Shown here: positions 1 through 10,300 of the stretch, in pieces
Layout: every line of letters starts with the position of its first letter
How positions within the stretch are numbered: position 1 is the stretch's first letter
Source of the DNA: an uncultured Saprospiraceae bacterium
GTDB lineage: Bacteria > Bacteroidota > Bacteroidia > Chitinophagales > Saprospiraceae
NCBI GenBank assembly: GCA_937923465.1
Contig: CALDUB010000201.1
Location: 1 to 56,113 of the forward strand
Direction: 5' to 3'
DNA: 56,113 nucleotides
Notes under the pieces: generated by a model
The model's input: only the letters and a program-made list of their open reading frames with translations
What the model was told of the DNA's origin: nothing
Database searches by the model: none
Position numbers and translations under genes: made by a program

Positions 1-3000
1 GTCAGCGCCGCACGAAAATATAACCAATCAACAGGCAATACAGCACTTTCATCAACGACCACAAATTGACTAAAACTCGTGATACCATTATCTGCGCTAA
101 AAGTAACATCACCACTTGCGCCAGCCGTTATTGCATCCGCAAAATCAAGAGAAGTTCCCCAAGTGGCTAAGTCATCATTTGAATTACGTTTGTACAACTT
201 AAATGCAGAAGCATCTTGACCTTCAGTTATCGCTATATCTCCAAATTTAATGCTTTCTAAGGCATCGAAATTCGCATTGTTACCATAGTTATTGACTATC
301 CAATAAGTATCGCCAGCAGGCATGATATTTGGCATTTGGTCAGGGTTTAAGTCAATGCGCGTCGCCACTAACTCTCCGTCAGGATTAGTCCCACCTGTCG
401 GAAAAGTCAAAGTCAAATCTGTATCTGTAAAAACTTTTTCGCCACCTGTCGTGATGTCCATTTTGAAACTTTCACCGCCACCGACAGGAGCAGTTGAAGT
501 ACTGCGTGTTGCGTTGCCACCTATTGTTCCATTATTGAATTGACCACGGTCGTAGACAGTTGTACCGTCCTCGTTAAATTGAAAATAACCCACCAAGTCA
601 GTATCTGAAACTTGGTCTAAGGTCAAGTGCCTCATTTGTCTGATTTCATCTTGAGTCAATGCTCGTTTCCAAAACTCTACTTCATCAATAGCGCCCTCAA
701 AAAAATCAGAAATAATCCCGTTTTTATAACGTGCACCAATCAAAATATCTCGATTGCTACTACTTATACTACCTGTCATGTTTACGGTGCTTTCTAATTC
801 TCCATTGAGATAAACTTTCATTTGACTGCCATCATAAGTTCCAACGGCGTGGTACCATTTTCCTGCAACTAAGCTCGTAGTTGTGACAGCATCCCACGGC
901 GAGACTTCGCGGTGCACGACTAGTTTTCCGTCTTCAAGACCCAAGAAAAATTGTCCTGTAACGAAGCGGTCAAATTTGGAAATAATATAGCCATTCATAT
1001 TGTCAACGGAGGGTTTTATCCAAGCTGAAAAAGTGAAACTTTCTGTCCCGTTAAAATCTAAATTGTCAGGTCTGCCAAGATTGACATAACCCGTCGTACC
1101 AGGACTTAATGCCATATCAGGAACATTCTCAGGCGTACAATCCGACGGATGCACGGTGATGAAATTAGTAAGCGTCTGTGTATCTGTTCCATGCGCATCG
1201 GTGACGGTTAAAGTCACGTCGTAAGTGCCTTCTATTCCAAAAACGACAGTCGGATTACGGTCTGAAGAGGTCGCTGGCGTAGCACCAGGAAAAGACCAAG
1301 CATAAGTCGCGCCTGTCAGTGCCGTCGAGCGGTCATAAAATTGTACAGGTTCACGCGCGCAGTAGACGTCTAATTTGTCCGCAGACATCTGAGCTAGGGT
1401 AGAAGAGGTCTCAAATAAATCTACCTCCCAGACAGAACGACTTGTTCCATTACGCAGTTTGTTTTCATTGTAATAAGGAATTAATCTTGTCGAGTAAGTG
1501 TATGCAGGCAAACCATTGCTATACAAAGCCCAGTCGGTCATATCGCGATTTCGGTAGTAGACCGTACGACGCGTACCGAGGTAAATACCGCCATTGGTAC
1601 CGCGTTGTAAAGTTATATTTGTCGCATGTTCTCCGTCTAAAATACTGGTCGTCCAGTTCGTCCAATTTGCGCCACCGTCTTCTGAATAATAGACTTTTGC
1701 TCCATCTAAAGAATTATATCCACCACTTTGAGGGGTTCTTGCTATCCATACATTCAAAGGATTTTCGGCATCAACGACAACATCTAATGGTGCCCAAGTC
1801 TGACTCGTAAATGGAAAACTTAGCTGAGTCCATGTCGCGCCTGCATCTGTAGTTTTGTAGAGATTTTTTTGGTCCCACCAACCTGGATAAGTGGCGACAT
1901 ACATCACATCTGGGTTTAAGAAACAAATGTCCATTGCCGCTAACTGTTCTCCAAAATCATGAATCATGGTAAATGTCCCACCGTCATCTTCTGTTTTCCA
2001 AAGGGCGTTTTCTGTCGAAGTATAAATGATATTTGGATTAGTAGGGTGAAAAAGCATGTCGCTATCCTCTCCAGTAATGTACGATGAATTGGTCTGTTGC
2101 GCAAAGGAATAATCTGTGAAACCTATATTTCTATCGCCAGGTAAGACGCGCTTTCCAGCATCCATATAAATCGTTTTTTCCTTGCCTGGATTAATGTATC
2201 CACGGACATTATCTCCACCTGCACCACCAATGGCTGTCGAAATCCAGCCATTCGTATAAGTATCTCCGTCTTTTAGTAACGTTGAATTGTGATAAGTCCC
2301 TCCAACCATAACATCTCCGTCTTGAAAACCCGCACCAAATCCCCAGAAATCAGTCCCCGCAATGCCATACATACGACGAGAAAAAGAAGCCCCATTATCA
2401 TCTGAATAATAAATACCACCGTCACAGGCCACCCAAATATCTCCATTAGGCAAGTACCGTAAGTCGTGAATATCAGCGTGAATATAAGTTGATTTGTGAG
2501 GGTGACTCCATTTCGCAGGACAACTCCATGTTAGACCGCCGTCTAGCGTTTCCCAACGTTGGACACCAGCTACTGAAATGTGGTCGGCATTCGTTTTAGA
2601 AATATCCAGAGCCATGTCATAGTAATATTGACCTCCGTCAGAGTCTCCCGCATCAGAATATCCCATGAAATTAGTATTAGAAGAAGACGCAGGTCCGCCA
2701 GGTTGCGTACCACAACAACTGAAAGTCCAAGTCTCCCCAGCATCTATACTTTTGTAAATACCAAACAATCCCGTACCACCATTTACCGCTCCAGAAGCTT
2801 GTGCGATAACCAGATTTGGGTCAGCAGGGCTAACCGCTATTTCCGTACGACGTTGGTGTTCATTCGTACCCAAACTCAGTACATTACAAGTCATTATGTT
2901 GCCTGTCGTCCATATATTAGAACCGTTAGCTGTTCCATTATTAGAGCCTTTACTATCTGTGATTGTTGTTCCTGTATTTTCGTCGATTTTCCAATAATGG

Positions 3001-4541
3001 AGCAAGTCAGAATAATTAGGATGCGTATTATCTATAGCAGAACAAGTCTGGTTTTTAATGGTAGCGGCATCCAAAGCAGTTGACCAAATCCGAACATCAG
3101 ATACCCTCGCATTTAATCCGTCCCCATAACTTAAAGTACCGTCTTGAAGTAGAGCTAAAGCCAGAGTTGTTGCAGTGCTATTTGCCAATACATCTGTGCT
3201 CGTACTCACTTGGGCACCGTCTTGATAGAGCGTTTTTGTGCCGTCTTGGTCGTAACTAATCGCGAGGTGGTGCCATTCGTTATCATTGATTGTATTTCCG
3301 TCTAAATCAATGCGCGTAGTACCGTCACCAATGTTAAATTTCCAGCCTGAACCATTAGCTGCCACTACGAAACCTGCGTTGCTTCCAGATGCCCAGTTTT
3401 TATTAGAAATAATAGACGGGTCGCCAGTCCAACTTGCAGATTTAATCCGAAACTCTATCGTGAAATCAGCATTAGCACCGTCTCCCAAGTTAGGATTAGA
3501 GGCAAAAGAAATATAGTCAGAAGTACCTCCTGTATTTTCTAAAGCATTGAAAGTAGTCGAGGAAGAAGATGCGATGCCAGGCCAGCCATTGCCTTTCATT
3601 GTCCATGTTATGCCGCTATCTATTGATTTATAAAATTCGGTGTGGTCTCCATTCTGTTTCACGGCGTAAACGATAGTGTTATCTGTTGGGTGAAATTCCA
3701 TTTCTTGCCACTCGCCGCCTTTTACTTGTGTGAAATTTGCTCCGCTATCTACTGTTCTAAATAAGCCATTATCTGCACAGATGAAGAGTATATTATTTAG
3801 AGTAGGATGCATGACAATGTCATTTGCATACCTATCTTCTGAATTGAAAACTGCATCTCCAACAACTGCCCAAGATGCACCTGCATCGGTTGTTTTGTAA
3901 AGGTCGCCACTGGCAGAGAAGTAAACAATATTGGCGTTAGTGTGGTCGATTGCTAAGGCTCGGCAGCCTGTCAGGGGTAAGTCGTCCGTTGTAGGAGTCC
4001 AATTTAAACCATAGTCTGTCGATTTGTAGACGCCAGCTGTTGCCGTACCTGCCCACATCATATTGGCATCTGTAACAGATTGCTCGACGGTATAAACATG
4101 ACCTGAACCTGGCGCATAACTACGCCCCGCTGCATCATGGTCATAGTCAATCGGTCCGATACATTCCCAATTTGTTCCTGCCACCGCAGTATTCTTAGCA
4201 AAGGCACGGCGTTCCAAGTATTTTGCCTCGTTTTCTAAAATTTTTTCTTTGTTGATATTACCATCATTCCAAAAGAGACCATTGACATCGCGAGCGATAT
4301 TACGCATCCAATGCTTGTAATATTGCGTGTCTTGATTTTTAACAAAGTCATGAGCAAGATAATATTCATCATACAGTGTTTTAACTTCCCCTGGGTCGGC
4401 TTCGTCGGAGTACATTAACTGTACCCAATCTGGCAATTCTGTATTGTCCGAAGTATTGTATTTCGTCTCTTGATGCTGTGCGGATAACGAGCAAAAGCAG
4501 AAGACAAAAATGGTCATTAAAAGTAAGTGGGACACTTTCAT
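1..4541 (-). CDS. Secreted multidomain surface protein with its C-terminus cut by the window edge. It has about ten BNR/Asp-box repeats (sortilin/GH74-like propeller), LamG/concanavalin-like jelly-roll inserts and one PKD domain.
   Basis: Absent from the supplied ORF track because it runs off the edge. Manual reverse-complement translation from ATG (cat at 4539..4541) gives MKVSHLLLMTIFVFCFCSLSAQ (signal peptide) and stays open to position 1. Asp-box motifs include STDYGLNWT, TTDAGASWA, SIDSGITWT, SIDAGETWT, TLDGGLTWS, TTDAGATWT and SEDGGANWT. LamG-like stretches are WHHLAISYDQDGTKTLYQDG and WYHAVGTYDGSQMKVYLNGE. PKD-like stretch is YAWSFPGATP...GTYDVTLTVTDAHG. Confidence 0.85.
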   Translation of the reverse strand, partial: MKVSHLLLMTIFVFCFCSLSAQHQETKYNTSDNTELPDWVQLMYSDEADPGEVKTLYDEYYLAHDFVKNQDTQYYKHWMRNIARDVNGLFWNDGNINKEKILENEAKYLERRAFAKNTAVAGTNWECIGPIDYDHDAAGRSYAPGSGHVYTVEQSVTDANMMWAGTATAGVYKSTDYGLNWTPTTDDLPLTGCRALAIDHTNANIVYFSASGDLYKTTDAGASWAVVGDAVFNSEDRYANDIVMHPTLNNILFICADNGLFRTVDSGANFTQVKGGEWQEMEFHPTDNTIVYAVKQNGDHTEFYKSIDSGITWTMKGNGWPGIASSSSTTFNALENTGGTSDYISFASNPNLGDGANADFTIEFRIKSASWTGDPSIISNKNWASGSNAGFVVAANGSGWKFNIGDGTTRIDLDGNTINDNEWHHLAISYDQDGTKTLYQDGAQVSTSTDVLANSTATTLALALLQDGTLSYGDGLNARVSDVRIWSTALDAATIKNQTCSAIDNTHPNYSDLLHYWKIDENTGTTITDSKGSNNGTANGSNIWTTGNIMTCNVLSLGTNEHQRRTEIAVSPADPNLVIAQASGAVNGGTGLFGIYKSIDAGETWTFSCCGTQPGGPASSSNTNFMGYSDAGDSDGGQYYYDMALDISKTNADHISVAGVQRWETLDGGLTWSCPAKWSHPHKSTYIHADIHDLRYLPNGDIWVACDGGIYYSDDNGASFSRRMYGIAGTDFWGFGAGFQDGDVMVGGTYHNSTLLKDGDTYTNGWISTAIGGAGGDNVRGYINPGKEKTIYMDAGKRVLPGDRNIGFTDYSFAQQTNSSYITGEDSDMLFHPTNPNIIYTSTENALWKTEDDGGTFTMIHDFGEQLAAMDICFLNPDVMYVATYPGWWDQKNLYKTTDAGATWTQLSFPFTSQTWAPLDVVVDAENPLNVWIARTPQSGGYNSLDGAKVYYSEDGGANWTNWTTSILDGEHATNITLQRGTNGGIYLGTRRTVYYRNRDMTDWALYSNGLPAYTYSTRLIPYYNENKLRNGTSRSVWEVDLFETSSTLAQMSADKLDVYCAREPVQFYDRSTALTGATYAWSFPGATPATSSDRNPTVVFGIEGTYDVTLTVTDAHGTDTQTLTNFITVHPSDCTPENVPDMALSPGTTGYVNLGRPDNLDFNGTESFTFSAWIKPSVDNMNGYIISKFDRFVTGQFFLGLEDGKLVVHREVSPWDAVTTTSLVAGKWYHAVGTYDGSQMKVYLNGELESTVNMTGSISSSNRDILIGARYKNGIISDFFEGAIDEVEFWKRALTQDEIRQMRHLTLDQVSDTDLVGYFQFNEDGTTVYDRGQFNNGTIGGNATRSTSTAPVGGGESFKMDITTGGEKVFTDTDLTLTFPTGGTNPDGELVATRIDLNPDQMPNIMPAGDTYWIVNNYGNNANFDALESIKFGDIAITEGQDASAFKLYKRNSNDDLATWGTSLDFADAITAGASGDVTFSADNGITSFSQFVVVDESAVLPVDWLYFRAAL

Positions 4542-4887
4542 GAATAATATTTTTTATAGAAATGAAATAAAAATCAGGTAACTTTTGGCTATAATCTAAG
4601 CTAATATAACAGTGAGGGTAAAATAGGATGGGGTAGGAGGATACTTTATGTCTGAGACCTTTTTCGGGTATTAGTGCAAAGGTATAAAATTAGTGGTTAA
4701 GTATTAAATGTTTTTTAATACGTTTTGCGACAGGGTATTTTAGCTAAAAAATTGGCAGCTATAGGGTAATATGTGCGTGTTTAGAGCAATATATTTATCA
4801 AAAAAAATGTTTAACTTTACATCATTATACGTCTGTTTTTTTTCTGAAAAAAGCAGCATTCTTTACACCAGAAAAAAACTAACAAAT

Positions 4888-6075
4888 ATGAGAAAACAAA
4901 TAATATTGGCAGCAGTTGCGCTGTTTTTTGCAATTCCGTCAAATGCACAATGTCCAAGTAATTCACGTGGAAATGTTCACGTCGTTCAATCAGGACAAAC
5001 GCTTTACAGCATTGCAAAAATGTATGGTACAAGCGTTGCCGAATTAACGCGTGCAAATAATTTGACTGATAATACCTTAATTTCGGTTTGTTCTGAGTTA
5101 AACATTCCTCAAGCGGAATTTACCGCACGTAGTACAGCTCCTCAACAAAATAGCAGACCTACTTTCGTACCAACGGGCTATAATAGTACGACAGTAGCAC
5201 CAGCAAGAACAAATACAAGTAGCTTTGCTTCTCGTCTTGCCGCAAACCGTGGTACACACATCGTAGCACAGGGAGAAACACTACAAAGTATTGCAAACTA
5301 CTATGGCTATACGCCAGAAAGAATGATAGAAATGAATAGTTTAGCAAACAACTATCAGCCAAATGCAGGTGCTGTTTTAGTTGTAAGCGAGTGTTACTTT
5401 ACACAAGGTTATAAAGGAGAAGCTGGAAAATTGGGCGACTCTGGTATCGATACAAGACCAATAAATCCAACTACGACAACGTATCCACCTGCTCAACCAC
5501 AGACTAATAAACCTCAACCAAGAGCAAATACGAACGCTCCACAACCTGCGGCGGCTTCTTACATGAAGTCAGAAGAATTAGCAATGATTGATGAGGTAAA
5601 TCTAGTTCGTTCGAATCCAGCGGGTTATATTCCTTACATCGAAGAGTATAAAGCAAAAATTCAACGTGGCGAGGGTTTTGGTTCTGCTGCTGTTTGTGAT
5701 GAGTTGATAGCGGAATTGCGCAATACACCAGCTTTGTCTGTTTTAAAACCAAGAGAATGTTTATACCGTGCAGCTCGTAATCATGGAGAAGACCAACGTC
5801 CTACAGGTAGCGTTGACCACGTAGGTACAGACGGTTCTTACCCTTGGGATAGAGTTTTACGGGGCTGTCCAGAGTTGACAGACGGTAATGAAAATCTGGT
5901 TGGAGGACCTTCAACTGTACGTGAGTCTGTTATTATTTTACTTATAGATGATGGTATTCCAAATCGCGGTCACCGCAAGACTATGCTACAAAAAGAATGG
6001 CAATACTTGGCTTGCTATAAAATCGGCAAAGTAGGAATGATGCCAAATAGTTGGGTGCAGAAATTCGCATATTAA
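4888..6075 (+). CDS. Secreted protein with two LysM domains, a Pro/Thr/Gln-rich linker and a C-terminal CAP/SCP (PR-1-like) domain
   Basis: ORF track 4771..6075. Preferred start is ATG 4888, giving the signal peptide MRKQIILAAVALFFAIPSNAQ. LysM-like stretches are HVVQSGQTLYSIAKMYGTSVAELTRANNL and HIVAQGETLQSIANYYGYTPERMIEMNSL. CAP-like stretch is EVNLVRSNPAGY...ARNHGED...NRGHRKTML. Confidence 0.85.
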   Translation: MRKQIILAAVALFFAIPSNAQCPSNSRGNVHVVQSGQTLYSIAKMYGTSVAELTRANNLTDNTLISVCSELNIPQAEFTARSTAPQQNSRPTFVPTGYNSTTVAPARTNTSSFASRLAANRGTHIVAQGETLQSIANYYGYTPERMIEMNSLANNYQPNAGAVLVVSECYFTQGYKGEAGKLGDSGIDTRPINPTTTTYPPAQPQTNKPQPRANTNAPQPAAASYMKSEELAMIDEVNLVRSNPAGYIPYIEEYKAKIQRGEGFGSAAVCDELIAELRNTPALSVLKPRECLYRAARNHGEDQRPTGSVDHVGTDGSYPWDRVLRGCPELTDGNENLVGGPSTVRESVIILLIDDGIPNRGHRKTMLQKEWQYLACYKIGKVGMMPNSWVQKFAY

Positions 6076-6082
6076 GGGTTTT

Positions 6083-6163
6083 AGAGTTGTAAAGTTTTAG
6101 AGCTTTAAAGTTTCCGTTCTTACTTGTACGCGGAACTTTGCAACTCTAAAACTTTACAACTCT
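6083..6163. repeat. Long hairpin made of stuttered words, placed directly after the LysM-CAP stop; probable terminator
   Basis: The outer stem is a perfect 20 bp: agagttgtaaagttttagag (6083..6102) with ctctaaaactttacaactct (6144..6163). The inner stem pairs aaagtttccg (6107..6116) with cggaacttt (6131..6139). Confidence 0.6.
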
Positions 6164-6311
6164 CCAATTCTTAACCTTTAAATAACAAAAGAACGTAGAC
6201 CTTATACTACTCAAAATCCAAAAGAATACTTTACTTTTACACTTCCTTTTAGCAACACGCCTTTTTTTGAGAACCGCCTTTATTTCATTTTCCAAAACTT
6301 ACAATATAAAC

Positions 6312-7187
6312 ATGAAAAGATTTTTTCTACTCCTCGGCGGCATTCTATTCTTAAATCTTAATATTCTTTCTGCTCAAAAGCTCTTTCTCGGACCAGAGTT
6401 AGGTGTTAATTTATCACCAACAGTCGAAACTGGAAACACTCAAAACTACCAATTAGGTGTCAATGGTGGTTTACGTCTAAGCTATGCTTTTAATGACCAA
6501 TTATCTTTGAGGTCAGGTGTTTACTTTACTCAAAAGCATCAATCATTTGACTCTACCTCGGTTGGGTCCATTTTAGATGTCATCAATGGCGCATTAGGTG
6601 GCTTTGGTGGTGGTGGATTTGATGCCGAAGAGTTACTGGAAGGAATAGGAGGTGCAGGCTTTAATTTGGATGTTAATCGTCGGTACGAAGGAATAATTAA
6701 AGGTAACTTTATTGAAATTCCGTTGATGATAGAAGCAACAACAGGAAGTGTTACATTCTCTCTTGGAGGATATGCTGCATACATGGTAAGTGCAGAAAGC
6801 AATACAACGATAACTGAAACGACACCTTTGTTGCAAGTGGTAGATATAGAAGATTTGTTAGGAGAAGGAGCAGGAGGAATAAGTGGTTTGTTTGATTTGT
6901 TCCTACCAAAAGCGAATGGCACATCGACAGAGATAGATGCTTCTTTAAGAAATTATAATACTTTTGATTATGGAATTAAAGGAGGTATTTCTTATACTTC
7001 ATCAGATAATTTAATCTTTGACTTATCTTATCAGCACGGATTGCGTGATTATCGCGTTAATCGCCCTGTTGATTTAGAAGAGACGACATTTAATGAGAAT
7101 ACTTTTGAGCCATTCAAAAATATAACTTTTACAATGGCTTATCAATTTGGATTAAAGAAAAAAGCAGATAGCGTTTTTATGCCTTAA
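6312..7187 (+). CDS. Outer-membrane beta-barrel protein (OMP_b-brl_2/porin-like) with a Gly-rich loop
   Basis: ORF track 6267..7187 (TTG start). Preferred start is ATG 6312, giving the signal peptide MKRFFLLLGGILFLNLNILSAQ. The sequence shows an alternating hydrophobic beta-strand pattern with an aromatic-rich C-terminal strand (ITFTMAYQFGL). Confidence 0.75.
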   Translation: MKRFFLLLGGILFLNLNILSAQKLFLGPELGVNLSPTVETGNTQNYQLGVNGGLRLSYAFNDQLSLRSGVYFTQKHQSFDSTSVGSILDVINGALGGFGGGGFDAEELLEGIGGAGFNLDVNRRYEGIIKGNFIEIPLMIEATTGSVTFSLGGYAAYMVSAESNTTITETTPLLQVVDIEDLLGEGAGGISGLFDLFLPKANGTSTEIDASLRNYNTFDYGIKGGISYTSSDNLIFDLSYQHGLRDYRVNRPVDLEETTFNENTFEPFKNITFTMAYQFGLKKKADSVFMP

Positions 7188-7211
7188 TATTTTGCATGAA
7201 ATTCAAATAAG

Positions 7212-7246
7212 AACAGCCCTTCCTTTTTATAAAAGGAAGGGCTGTT
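7212..7246 (+). terminator. Intrinsic terminator hairpin after the OMP gene
   Basis: The sequence aacagcccttcctttt-tat-aaaaggaagggctgtt forms a 16-bp perfect stem and is followed by ttgg. Confidence 0.7.
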
Positions 7247-7296
7247 TTGGTTATAACGTGAAAGTGCTAAAATTACGGATTACCACAAAAAAAGAA

Positions 7297-7320
7297 AAGC
7301 AGCCGAATGAACGGCTGCTT
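7297..7320 (-). terminator. Intrinsic terminator for the 7335..11024 gene
   Basis: The stem aagcagccg/cggctgctt has a 6-nt loop. On the minus strand it is followed by ttttcttttttt. Confidence 0.75.
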
Positions 7321-7334
7321 TATTGCTAACGGGA

Positions 7335-10300
7335 TTAAATTCGAAAAACTGTGAATGCCCGGCTTATAGTTCTTTGCCCGGCAATCTCTATAGAGATGTA
7401 ATAAATACCATCTTGTAAGTCTGACACATCAATTTCCTCAGGTTCACTCGAAAGACTGTTTACGACGGATGCTCTTATAAGTTGTGCAAAGGTATTATAA
7501 ATTTTCACATGTGCGGTCTGTCCAGCGTATTTTTGTAAAGGTAAATACAAATTTTGTGAAGAAGGGTTTGGATAAGGGATGAATGCATCCAAATCTATAG
7601 CAAAAAACACCTTTTTATTCTCACTGTATTTATAGTCTCCATTACTATATATTTGTTTCACACGATAAATGTTCTCTCCGAGAGGTGGATTTTCGTGTTT
7701 TGTTCGATATACATTAGGTAAATATCCGTCTGTAAGACTCTCTTGTTCTTCTAATTCCACAAAATTGATACCATCCAATGAATGTTCAATGATGAAATTT
7801 TGATTTTTATATTCTGTATTTGTTACCCAATGCAATTCTACTTCACGCGCAAAAGGCTGAGCTGTTAAATCCAATATTGGACTAAAACGATTACTTCCAT
7901 TACCACAGCCACTATTATTGATAACGACAGAGTAATCTTCAAATTCTCCTCGAACAACATTAGTACAAGCATTTGAGATGTTGTCTATATTTGTTGCAAC
8001 GCGCATTCCCGTTGTACCTGCTGGCGCAGAAGAAGGGATTTGTACATCAAAATTTATTTCTGTACCAGACACACCGTCAGCTACTAACTCGCCTGTATCT
8101 TCAAAATCGCCGTCTTGATTATAGTCAATCCAAACTTTCCAATTCATATCATAGACTAACCATGAAAAGTCAGGCGTCAAACTTAGTTCGTAAGTATTTC
8201 CTGCGTCTACATTGGCAAATTTATCTGTAAAACGACCATATTGTTCTTTATGGCTGCTATTATCTAAGTCCGCAAACTGAACACGAGAAATCCACTGCCA
8301 CCAAGGTTCTGTTCCTCTAACTGTACAGTAGCTTGGTGCTGTACCTGTTGGTGTCGTTGGGGTAGTCGTTGTACCGCCGCCAGTACCTGCTTCACTACCT
8401 AAAATGATAGTGTAATCTTCTACTTCACCTTCTGCATAAGAATAGCAGGGCGCGGGGAAACTACCACCTCGCAATGCAATCCTCATACGGGTAGCACCTA
8501 GCTCTACGTTGGCAGGAACTTCAAAAAAGGCATTCACTGTAGTATTGCTATTTTTAAAGATAATTAACTCTCTATCATCATTAAAATCTCCGTCTCGATT
8601 ATAGTCAATCCAACCTACCCAGTTATTCATAACCGCTTCATTTCCAGGAGTTAAATTTGCTATGTAAACACTACCTGGCGCAAGAGTTGCGGACTGTGAA
8701 GTAAAGTCGGCATAGCCTTCTTTTGCGGAGCTATTAGATAAGTTTTCTAATCCTATACTACTAATCCAGAAATTATTTGGATTATCTCCGCGCATCTCAC
8801 AATAGTCCGTTGGTGCATCTGATACAGGTGTATCTTGCTCTATTATTTCTTTAACAATCGCATTACTTATGCCTTCAAAATTATCACAGTTTGCGCGGCG
8901 TGCCAGACGTCGGAAATAAGTCGTCTCGCTTAAAAATGGAGGGTCAAAAGTAGCTGCATTTGCATTCGGAATATTTGTCCAAGCAGCTGATAATGAAGGC
9001 GCAGATTGCCATTGATATTCTAAATTTCCTGTTCCGCCTGTTGGCAAAGCATTATTACCTAAAATATTAGCATTAAAAGCTTCGCAATTGCTTTCATCAC
9101 CATTAATTTCTCCTCCAGATGTTACATTGTCACACGAATTTGCTGTAGGAGGATTGCTGATATAGATGCTGACTTGATTAGAAGGAAGATTAGAATTTCC
9201 TGCAATATCTATTGCTTGTGCAAAAGGTAAATTAACGCGCACATTACCAACCGCAAGAGGAGTAACATTCAGTATATAATTTGCGCCATTACCGCTGAAT
9301 GAAGCTACAGTACCATTGATGACTGAAAAGTCATTTGCCGTTAAGCCAGTAACAATTTCACTGAAGTTAACTGAAATCTGTAAACTACCATCAGGGTTAA
9401 AGCCTATAAAATTCAATTGAGTACTTGGCAGAGTCGTATCTGTACTTTGTCCCTGAGCTTCGACTTCTACATACATATAGTCTGAAATTTCGTGAAAAAT
9501 TCCGTCATTCATTAATGTACCATAATCATAAGCAGTGAATTTCATTAAATAAACACCTGGAGTATCAAATTGAGCAGTAGTATTAGCGATATTCTCATTA
9601 CTAAAAGAGACATTACCGTTAGTTGGAGCATTTACAACATCCCATTTGACAGGGAAACTAGAATTGATTGCTCCATTTTGAAATATTTGCCCATTTAAAT
9701 TTAATGTCGTATTCGTCGCGATTTCTCTATCATTTCCAGCTTCTGGCCAATATCCTGTGTTGATGTGATAAGGAGCTTGGACAGTCGCAGGAAACTCATG
9801 GCGCCATAAATTGAAGCGTCCGTCCCAATATTCTGTTGGGTGATTATGACCTAAGTCGCGTGCATGAATAATAATTTTTTTGCCAGACAATTCGTTCAGA
9901 GCTGCAAAACTTGTCGCTGCAGGAGTCACGTCATCTGCATAGCTAACTACAGCCAAGGTAGGACCCGTGTATCTGCGCGCAAAGTATGCCGCGTCATAGT
10001 AACGAGACGCAGAGAGCGTCTGTTGGTAGTGGGTTGCTTCGTTTACTAAATAATCAGAACGTTGCACATAATAAGGAAAACCACTTGCTGTACCTTGGTC
10101 ATAAGCTGCATGTCTACACATCGCAGGATTACTAATAGATAGGGACTTGATGCGGTCATCTAGTCCTGCTGCAATGAGAGCTAGACCTCCACCTTGGCTT
10201 ACACCTGTCACACCAATATTTTGTCCATCAAAATCAGACCTTGTGTACAAATAGTCAATCATTCTTAGCGTACCCAAAATAGCATAACGATAATAGTAAT

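Noticed and set aside
322-3516. Plus-strand ORFs 322..543, 1442..1810, 2580..3083 and 3286..3516
   Set aside because: All are antisense to the continuous 4.5-kb minus-strand BNR/LamG gene. Their translations are low-complexity (Arg/Ser/Ile-rich) with no motifs.
5596-5625. gttcgaatcc T-loop-like string, considered as a possible tRNA
   Set aside because: It lies inside the LysM-CAP coding frame. The flanking bases do not form a T-stem or an acceptor stem.
6539-6922. 127-aa and 67-aa minus-strand ORFs inside the OMP gene
   Set aside because: They are Pro-rich mirror images of the Gly-rich sense loop, which makes them a compositional artefact.
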